A stretch of DNA of 64,000 nt from Setoptus koraiensis (lineage: Eukaryota; Animalia; Arthropoda): positions 3,720,001-3,784,000 of the forward strand of contig CM106586.1 in assembly GCA_048013815.1 (NCBI GenBank). Direction: 5' to 3'. Position 1 is the first letter of the stretch; the number at the start of each line of letters is the position of its first letter. Below, in pieces: positions 46,401 to 56,297 of this stretch. The notes below the pieces were generated by a model. It had not been told where the DNA came from. It saw nothing but the letters and a program-made list of their open reading frames with translations, and made no database searches. Position numbers and translations under genes: made by a program.

Positions 46401-47663
46401 GCGACATTAGCAGAGATGGGAATGGAATAAAATCAGCATAATAATTATATATTTAGAGTAATGTGATGCAACACATCCAGCCAATGATATGCCCATGAAC
46501 AGGCGGCCAGTGTGTGTTGCCGTTGCCTCGGCCCATCGGTGTATCAGTCGGCAGCAGGTATATATGATGAGCTTGATAACAAGCAACGCATTATCGAAAT
46601 AAAATAACGAGACAGCCAATTCGCTCTATTATGATTATTATATAATACTGGCATAATAATCACGGCACAACAGCAACGCCAAAAGCGTCAGTCGGCTCAC
46701 CCACGCTCATGCACTAGGAGGCCTACGTCGTTTACCGTATCACCATCAGTCAGGGCTTTAAGTAGAGATAGCGAGCCCATGTCGAAACACTTGCATCCAT
46801 TCGCCTGTGTCCATTCACTTGTATCCATATTCTGGCCATTTGGGACAACCGTTCAGGCTGGCGAGAGCGATAACGGAGTCCAGTTTGGCCAATCGTGACT
46901 GTTACTGCGGGCAGTGCCAGGCCATTCAGTCCATATTGTCCATGTTTGTCTGTTTGCAACAACAACAACAGCAACAACAACAGCAGCAGCAGCAGCAGCG
47001 AAAAACAAATAGACATTGCTGGTGTTGTTCTATATATAAATCGTTCGGCGAAAGAGCGACAGGGAAAGAGTGGCAATCAAAATTAATGAATTTACGAACA
47101 TGCTCATTTGGCGCCTATCCCAGCTCATTTGGCTTGTGGCGCGGACAACGGTGACGACGAGAAGTTGATTAGATCGAGCGAGCGAGATTGGTGTTGTTAT
47201 AATTAGACCGGTGCTCTATCTGACTATGGTCGCCTGTTCGCCGTCTGGCAGCGTATCTGATCCGACTCAACATGATGAATGTATGTACAATTAGATTATC
47301 GCAACTGACCCGGCGCCGTCGCCTATTTGAAATGATCTCCGATATGATAAACTCGTCGCCATATCTCGACGGGTAACACGATAAGAGGGTGAACGGGTGA
47401 AAGGGGGCCCACGGGGGATCTTGAATATGCAGTGAACAACCAGTAGCTGACATGTCCGTTTCTACACTCGAGCGACCATAAGTAACTGTAAGACTAGCAC
47501 TAACTCGACAGGTAACTGTGGCACAAGTGTCTGTTCAATTGTGACCACTAGATGAACAAATGACCGCTGGTACGATGTGTAACTAGTGTATGCGCAACTA
47601 GTATGTAGTATGGCGAATATCCGTTGCCGATTGTCAGTCAAGTGTGTTGCTGAGCACACAATA

Positions 47664-47706
47664 ATAATAATAATAATAATGATAATCATCATCATCATCA
47701 CCATCA

Positions 47707-47740
<34 letters not shown>

Positions 47741-47900
47741 AGTGGTCGCCATCATCATTTGTCTTTAGGCGCACCTGTCACTGATGATGCACCACACACA
47801 TATATTATGTAATGTAACGGTCCGCTCACCAACAGATAGTACATCTGAGAACTGGCCATTTGAGCATTTTCGTTCGAGATCGGCGTTGCTCGACAACGGC

Positions 47901-47947
<47 letters not shown>

Positions 47948-47950
47948 CGA
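47664..47950. repeat. Cluster of (AAT)n, (ATC)n, (GTC)n and (AAC)n microsatellites
   Basis: Read directly. Confidence 0.85.
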
Positions 47951-50900
47951 CTACAACTGCTGCCACCATCACTATCACTATTCCGCCAGTTTAGCAGTAT
48001 ATACACTGCTAGTACGACAAGTGGCGGTGTTGGCCTGGTCATCGTGACCACTCTTATTATATGCCCTTCTCATTACATTGTATTTACAAGTGGATAAGTC
48101 GGACAGCGACAGCGCCGGGCAACAGTGGGACGGACACTCGCCGGCCGATAGGGCAGCCAGCAACCAAGAGCAAAGTTAATCTAGTTTGTCGAGACTCGCC
48201 AAGAGTTATATAACAAGAGTTATATGCCAATAGTTATATGCCGAGAATTATATGCAAAGAGATAGCCGATGGAAGGAGCCATGAGGAAATAAACTAGTCA
48301 CTTGATGCAACTGCTGGTAACGAGTGGTCATCTCTCGCATTAGAGCGACTGTGTCTGTGTAGTATAGAGTCTGTGTGGTGTCCATCGGAATTGCATATTG
48401 CAATATACGCTGCTATCTGACCATAGTGTTTGGCCGCAGGTTTGCCGTCCGCTGGCACTGCTAGACTGGCTCTGGCAGGACTTTGGTCCGATTCTCGATA
48501 AGCGCTCGAGCGAGAGTGAGAGCGTCCCGTCCACTACTGCTACCATGCCATTTCTATTCCTACTCAATCTAATCTTATCTTGTCCCCCAATCCAGCCAGT
48601 CGTCTGTCAGTCTCACTTGTGCGATTCCAATTCCCCGGCTATTTTCTCCATGATAGACCGGCTGTTTTCCCCATGATAGACCGGCTATTTCCCGGCCGGC
48701 CGGCCGACTAGGTAGCAGTGACCGAATAGCCAGTCGTTCGTATCCAGAAGCTTTATTTTATTTTATCCATCTAATCAATTCACTCGGACCCGCTCCGATC
48801 GCAAGCACACACTCACTCACACACACGGTGATCCTAAATCCGATGCACTGTGAGTCGACTGTATATCGACCACGATTGAAAATTCATTACTATTACATGT
48901 ATTTTGCAAGTGGCAAGGGGCTGCCGTTGTTAACTTATCGGGTCACACGGGTGAGCAGTAAGTGTACGTATGCAACGCAATCACAACCCAATTCACAAAT
49001 GCAAATGACTACCTGACGGGAAACTAACGGGAAACATATGACTTGTTATGTGCCGATAGGTAACACATTAAAAGCAGCCAGCACCAATGAAACGGTGCGA
49101 GCCAGCGCTAAAATAAAGGAGAAACGAGAGCGTTTCCATCGACATTACACAGCCACTGATACCCATGGAAGTGTCGTGATTCATTTGGCTTATTTAATGT
49201 TTAATGAAATGCCAACACCAAGCAGCCGATACACACACCTAAATGTAAAAGTAGCAACACCATAGATTTATCCTTGAAAATACCAAATACCGCACTACCT
49301 GTACCATTTAGAATAGCTACAACTCCAACTAATGATCTTGCTCACTCTCTCTCCCTCTCTCGCTGGCTTTCTGTCCCTGTCGTTGTTTGCGTCTTTGTGA
49401 TACACAATAGATAAGATATCTGGCTACAATTTGCATGCCGTGCTAGTGTATCTGCTCACACATTGGATGGCATTGTTGTTATTAAAACGCAATTTCGTTT
49501 GGTCAATTGTTCAGCTCGCTGCTTCAAATACAAAGCTCGCAAACCTGCAACTTGGGCCTACTTTGCACCGTACTTAGTGTCGTAAAGCGACTTGCTGCCA
49601 ACTTTTTCAATGTCCACCCTCTCAAATATCACTCGCTAACTTGATTCTATTAGTTAGCAAGCGACAAAAGAGGCATTTTAAATGCATTCGTTGTGTTCTT
49701 TTGCATTATTTTCAACGGATTTGTTTGAATGAGTCCTATACGAACACATCCACACCAACAACCCTTTGCACTGGCCAAAATAATTTTCCCGCTATCAACG
49801 CATGCAATGGTATATCTTCGTTGCTACTCGCTTGTTGTGGTGATAAAAACAAAAGTGACAATTGATTGCAAATTTGAATGCCACACACAAACAATCGTTT
49901 ATATTATTACTGGTGAGCATGCCAACTTGTAACAATATCATCCTCAAGCCAGGAGATAATTAGCTATGCGAAAACTGGGCATAGATAGAGAGTCAGGGCG
50001 AGAGAGAGAGAGAGAGGAAAATGACAAATCGTAATGAACAACAAACAGATCGTTGCCGTAGGGACAACAATACTAGCCAACCAAACTGGCCGCTTGTTAC
50101 GCAACTACAACAGCGACGACGGCCTGTTGCACTGACCATCTAACAATTTCGAATATCTGAATAACGTATGAAACAGAAACAAAAAATAAACTCGCAATAA
50201 CGAGCTCGCCGACTTGCAAATGTATCTCGGCTGACCTGATGATTCAAGCAAACAGGATCAGCAACCCGTTAGTGTAATTTGTTAGTTGTTGTTATTGTCA
50301 AAGTTGCGTCGGTACTATTACTTGTATTATCAAAGTTTCATTTCCTCATCCCCATTGTGATGGATATCAATTGGCATAATCAGTGAATAGGCGACAAATT
50401 GCACAAAGAGACCAATATTATTGTTTGAGCGCTCATTGTGTGAGCCTCGTCGTTTTCTGTTTGTCTCAAACTCAACAAGTGTTTCGTTTAGGTGCGTCCA
50501 CACACAACACTAGCCAGGCTATGGCCATCATTAAATATCATCGTCGTTGAATTATAATGCTCACGTATGAGAACAACTGATATGAAACGAAATTTATTGA
50601 TTGTGTTATGCAATTGTGCAGCCCATTAATTGCGTCCGCTGGTCGGGTCTGAACAGGACAGGCCAGGCCAGGCCAGTTGAGACTAGGCATATGTTTAACT
50701 GTGAATATTATTATTATTATTATTATTATTCAGGTATCACCTGTCGTGATTGCGAGTGCATGTCTGTGTGTTGAAATGAGACGGCAATTAGCTAAGCGAT
50801 TGCCATACACAGTGACTGTGAAACAACTGTAGCCTCTTTCGAAGCTGTTGTAACACTGTAAAGTCTGGGTAGTCTCTTTCCTTCTCTCTCTCTCTCCCTC

Positions 50901-50989
50901 TCTCTCTTAATTTGAATATTTATTTATTATTCATAATGAGAGAGAATCTTTACAACATATCATATCAACATCGTAGCTAATGGTGCAAG

Positions 50990-52305
50990 ATGATGCACTC
51001 TGGATAAACAAGAAAGTTTCTACTTTTGATATCCGGCAATGCGGGGACAGAATGATGTCCTATAGGCGCATGGTAGTAATTGGTTACTTCTGTTGCTTTC
51101 TTACTATTGCCTAAATCGACTTGACGGTGAAGCAACTCTCTTTCACATGTCTAGCAGTTTTTATCCTTGTGTATGTGGCATGGAAAAATCAAACTAAAAG
51201 TATCTTGATTTAATTCCGAAGAATCCTGAACGAAATGAAGACCAGCCCCAAACATGCGGGATGCGAGACCGTTGTCAAATCCACGCTCAATTTGTGGTTC
51301 GACTACCGTAAAATAGTAGTCTTTCATTGGCATAACTGTTGTTTTCGGCCTTGATGTTTTCTCGTTGTTGCTTGTATTTTCGGAGTATTTTCTCATTGAA
51401 AATCCCCTTGATACTAATGATATGAGTAAAAATCGGACCATTTTCATGGTTCACTATAGTACTGTGCATCCGTTCTTTGATGGTTTTGTATTTTTCGTCT
51501 GTTTCTTTGATGGTTTTCATTTTTAAACCCCTTCTTCTTTTGAGATTCTTAAAAGGGTTCGTGATTGGATTGATATCTATCATCAAACTATCGTATGCAC
51601 GGTGGTTCGTGTACTCTGTTTGTGGCTTGGTGGAGCTTGGTACATTGTAGACTAGGAGCTATATTTTTAAGATTATCGCAGTCCAATACTGGCAAATTTA
51701 TTTGACTTGTTTCCAGCAATTCCCTAATCTCTAACTCTGTGGCAAGTTGATATGTAGTGTTACCGAATTTATCTTTGGAAGTTAAACAAGCTCCAGAACT
51801 CACTAGTAGGTTACAAACATGTATCTTGGACTGCTTGCAAGATCCATGTAATGGTGTCAAGCCATTTTTATCGGCTTCATTGACATCAGAGCCTTTATCA
51901 ATCAGCAAATTCACTATATCATGGTGACCCCAATGGGCGGCGTAATGAAGAGGAATACTTCCGTTTGCATCAACGGCATTGGGATCAGCTCTCATGTAGA
52001 AAAGGAAACAAGACGTAAGATCTCTATAGCCAAAGCCGGCTTCTTTGTGTAAGTCAGTTATAGAGGGTATATCAGGCGCAATCAATCTGGCATTCAACAA
52101 TGTTGGTCGGAGCTTTAATAATAGTTTGGCTGTTTCTAGTTTTTGGGAGTCACAAAGGAGGATTATCTCAAAATAAGCAGGAACAAAAGCTTTTCTTGGT
52201 AGGCGTAGGCCTTGTATGAGCTTGACTAACTGATTAGGTGAAAGACATCTGATGGCCGGCTCTAGTAATGAAGGATTGTCCAGAACATCTTCAGTAAAAA
52301 ATATT
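50990..52305 (-). pseudogene. Relic D: 5'-truncated, frameshifted tankyrase pseudogene
   Basis: Colinear with ~17785-19125. Catalytic LFHGS has become LFYGS and is followed by an 8-nt deletion; the frame is split over ORFs 51588-52334, 51287-51586 and 51151-51447. Confidence 0.9.
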
Positions 52306-52348
52306 CGGAACCCTTTTGACACGAACATACACACATAGTGAGCCTTGT

Positions 52349-53971
52349 TTATATCTCTTTATTTAAATTTATATTTGACTTTAAGCCTGAGATCTCGTTA
52401 ATGTTTAATCTTTTAGTTATGGCAGCCTTTCCATGTTTGTATCCTACTTGAATGATCTCGTCTATTTTTCCGAAGTCCATAGCGCTATAATCGGTAACAG
52501 GCGGCCGTAAATAGGTGCAGTATTTCCCTGCTTTCACTTCCTCTAGTTTGTTCACACAACAAACATAGGCCAAACGTGTCTGTATCTCAGATAGACCTGG
52601 AATGCGAACGCGTGTCCCAAATGGATTCCATCTATTCCACAATAGCCACCATCCACTCAGATGATCTCCGTAATTGGCAAGATCTGTGTCGTCCTGGCTT
52701 CCGACATCCACAGCTAATATTGTTTTGGCGCACATGACTTCTTTCATGATATCCGCCGGTAGATTGTTGACATAACCACCATCTAATAATAGATGACCAT
52801 CAACAGGGTCACATAACGGGGGTAAATAGCCGGATAATGACATACTGGAGCGAACGTATCGCCATAATGAGCCATGTCGATGCACCCTAAGGCCACTACA
52901 AGTTATATCGGTTGTTACATTGAAATAGGGTAACCAAAGATCTTCAATTTGTCTATCACCAAATAAATCATAAATTGTTCTATTGAAAGCCGCTCCAGTG
53001 AACATTGCGGTGACTGGGTAGGTTAAATCGAGTATCTGATGCCAAAGTGATGTCATAGTTAGGCACCAATTTCTAGCTAGCTGAGTGATGACTTTAATGT
53101 CGTTCTCTTGACACCATAGAGCACCCATGAATGCACCAATACTTACGCCGCCTACCATGTCAATAGGTATGCCTGCCTCTAGTATGGCCTTGATCATTCC
53201 GATGTGTGCTCCACCTCTTGCACCACCGCCTCCTAACACGAGTCCTATGGAGTTCCCTGTCAGACGTCTGGCTAATCGTGCAAAATCGTTAATATTATTC
53301 GTATCTGTTTTTGTTCGAATGTGGTGATGTGATGAGCACCATGGTCTAGCACTCAACCATTTCGCGGTACCTGAGGGTTTATCGGAGCCATGTAAGATAA
53401 CTAATTCTTTGACGGCACTCAGATTCAACTCGACTAGTTGTTTTTCGTGTTCGCAAAGTTCTGGCCCCGAGCTGGCCTGAGTCAGTATTAGTATGCAATC
53501 GGCATTTTTGAGACATTTCAAGGTCCAGGGTGTGAAACTGGTATCACATTGATAGAGCATAAAGCGGTTTTCGTGGTCTCTTAACCAAGGGTTGTCTTCT
53601 TTCATATGCACCGTATGGCCTATGTCACAAAGTGCACGCATCAATTCGCGACAAAAAGAGTTCAAAGGTACATCATGGGGCTCGGCCGCCAATACCGCTA
53701 CTGAGGAAAATTCGCTCTCGGCCGGCTTTGTCCATCGACCGTCTACAACGGTCCGTCTTTGTGATAATTTTCTGGCAAACCTGATTAACATTCTGCGTTT
53801 CTTTAGAAGGGGCATCTTGACTCTTCTGAGCATTTTTCTACCGTAAAACATGACTTTGTCTCTCTTTCTAAATCTGGGCGCATTTTTGTCTATTCTCCTT
53901 CTCCTGATGAGCCACCAAATAATAAGTAATATGCAGAACAAGGGCAACAATATATTGATGTACATTATCAT
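52349..53971 (-). CDS. PNPLA6: Neuropathy target esterase / swiss cheese (PNPLA6/7) lacking cNMP-binding domains; intronless, 540 aa
   Basis: N-terminal TM, PRFRKRDKVMFYGRKMLRRV, then directly SSVAVL..., DFARLARRLTGNSIGLVLGGGGARG, GVSIG (catalytic Ser) and LLLDGGYVNNLP (catalytic Asp). Confidence 0.93.
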   Translation of the reverse strand: MIMYINILLPLFCILLIIWWLIRRRRIDKNAPRFRKRDKVMFYGRKMLRRVKMPLLKKRRMLIRFARKLSQRRTVVDGRWTKPAESEFSSVAVLAAEPHDVPLNSFCRELMRALCDIGHTVHMKEDNPWLRDHENRFMLYQCDTSFTPWTLKCLKNADCILILTQASSGPELCEHEKQLVELNLSAVKELVILHGSDKPSGTAKWLSARPWCSSHHHIRTKTDTNNINDFARLARRLTGNSIGLVLGGGGARGGAHIGMIKAILEAGIPIDMVGGVSIGAFMGALWCQENDIKVITQLARNWCLTMTSLWHQILDLTYPVTAMFTGAAFNRTIYDLFGDRQIEDLWLPYFNVTTDITCSGLRVHRHGSLWRYVRSSMSLSGYLPPLCDPVDGHLLLDGGYVNNLPADIMKEVMCAKTILAVDVGSQDDTDLANYGDHLSGWWLLWNRWNPFGTRVRIPGLSEIQTRLAYVCCVNKLEEVKAGKYCTYLRPPVTDYSAMDFGKIDEIIQVGYKHGKAAITKRLNINEISGLKSNINLNKEI

Positions 53972-54871
53972 TGTATCCTAATTGTATAATAGGTGTATAA
54001 TGTGTGTAACGTGGGTATAGAGTGATAAAGAAAAAACAGAATAATAGTGATAATAAAGGGTTGTCGTCGCAAATAGATTTTTGTTTACTGAAAACGCTAC
54101 GCTAGTTCCCGCAGTGCATTTTCCATGAGGCAGATTTCGATTGCACTTTCTGTGCGATTATTATGATTGTTTACGCAACTATCCAACATAGCGCTACGTA
54201 CAAACTGCTGCTGCTGCTGCGGTATTGACTCAATACTGCATTGAGTAACTCACTGTGTATCGCAATCGCAGCACCAGCTGCAGCGTTCCATTCGAAATGT
54301 GTGAAAGCGAGCGGCTCAACGTGACAAAAACCGCACTACTGCGCTACTTATTCTGTACTCCGTTTGGCTGGCGTGCCGCTACTCTGTGCGTTTAACCCAA
54401 TGAGCGCGGCACATCTGTGCCACTTTTACTCAGTAATCATTCTTCAATTCAATGATTATCACTGTGATTGTGCGTGTGTTTGTGACGAAATTAGTGAGGT
54501 AAGAATTAAGGAAAATAATAAATATCAACACACAAACGAATCATTCAACTACAACTAGCTAAGAAAGGGCCGCTTAGTCAGCTACTTCACCCATTCATCG
54601 ATTATTATTATTACAACTATTATAATTTGTTTCATTATTATTTTATCCCCACGCACACACACACACACACACACAAACACATACTCACACACACACACAC
54701 ACGGACACACACACACATTGGGACAATTAACTGTATATTCCCTTGTCTGGAAATATTTATTATATCTCAAGAGTAGTAGCACTATCTTACCGATAAAGCT
54801 AACACACATTAGGATACATAAACATTACTATTATTATTCATTAGCCGTTGTGTTTTAATCACTCAACAATC

Positions 54872-56297
54872 ATGTCATATTGGTCATATTACCACTGCCT
54901 ATGCGAAATTCTTCCCTCGGCCATGCGCATAATATTTATCGCAAGGGTCTGTGCGCAATTATATTATATCTATTTTTACCCCGAAGATATCTCAGAATTA
55001 CAAAATCTACTAGAGGATGGATGGTCCTTAAACGCGGCCTCAGGCAAATACATACTACTCAGGAGCTGTGAATCTGTGATAACCCTCATAGGATTGGCAT
55101 GTATATTATCCATAACCACAAGATTTATGCATAAGGCCTTTTTATCTTTCATGTGGATCGCCAATGAAGAATCCGCCTCACTTGCTGGCGCCCTAGCTGG
55201 CTGGCTCTTCTTTGTTATAGGAATCCAATGTGGTATCACTAGTCTACCCGACGAGGAGCGCTTCTGGCGCGTTCTCAGAAATATTGGAATCATTTCCATT
55301 GTAAATCTGCATTCCCTTTACAAGCCTATTAGTAACAGATTGCAATCTCTTAGTGCCTCCCGGTCAAAGTCAATCCAAAAGCATGCCAGAGCCTTGGTTA
55401 TTGCTCTCGCCACCATAGGCGTACCTGCTCAATTCTTAATATACCTATGGTCTCAACAATCAATTAACAGCTGGACATTGACAGTGACCGTTTTCGGTTT
55501 TGAAATAATCTTCAAGGTAATTTCACCATTCTATCACCTTCTTTCTCCTATACGCGCCAATGATCTGCAAGATATCAATGAGACTATTATGAAATACCGT
55601 TTGACATCATTCTTCTTTTTTTTTCTCCCTCTCTCTCTCTCTCTCTTTGTTCCTCACCATTCCTCACAAAACATAGATGACCATCGCCCTTATCATATAT
55701 AACTTAATCATGATAAATCATTTTCTAGAGGTAGATTGGCAATTAGAGGATGCGATTTACTACCTGAAGGCACTTTCGGGCCTAGTCAGTTACTTATGTG
55801 GCATATCATTATTCTTCAATGGTGCTTGGGTATTGGTATTCGAAAATTCAACTGCAATGAGGGCGCTATCATTGGGTGTCCACCTTTACTTGAATGTTTG
55901 GTCTCAAGCATTAAAAGGTAAGGCTAACACACTATTGTTGATCTGTTAAATGTAAAGAATAGATCAAAATAATTTTGCTAAAATCTATTCTCTGTATCAT
56001 TATCATGTAAATCGCCATGTAGGATTGAATGCATTCAACAAAAGGCGCTTGGCCGGAACCAAAATAACCTATTTAAGGGACGCAACAGAAGAAGAATTGA
56101 TCGATTTAAATGATGTATGCTCGATATGCTTTCAAAGGTTAACAGAAGCTAAAACGACTGATTGCAAGCACTTCTTCCATGCCGAATGCCTTACACGATG
56201 GCTCTATCTTCAAGACAGTTGCCCGTTGTGCTTCCGCCAACTGTTTGATAACTCATCTTGTAAGCCATTGTATAAAGCCTCGGTTACAATTCAATGA
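54872..56297 (+). CDS. RNF139: TRC8/RNF139(RNF145)-like ER membrane RING-H2 E3 ligase, N-terminally short; exons 54872-55516, 55677-55917, 56023-56297 (386 aa)
   Basis: TRC8_N motifs (RF.RVLRN, LQSLSAS...KHARAL, W.L.V..F..EIIFK) and RING DVCSICFQ...TDCKHFFHAECL.RWLYLQDSCPLC; introns phase-compatible. Confidence 0.88.

Noticed and set aside
38168-49932. Dozens of 60-180-aa ORFs in the non-coding region
   Set aside because: They are built from microsatellites (poly-L, V, T, N, C; CV and HT dipeptides), overlap in several frames and show no domain motifs.
51588-52334. 248-aa ankyrin ORF as a functional gene or NTE fusion
   Set aside because: It is the 5'-truncated part of tankyrase relic D, starts in non-homologous sequence, is separated from NTE by a stop and has a disrupted catalytic domain downstream.
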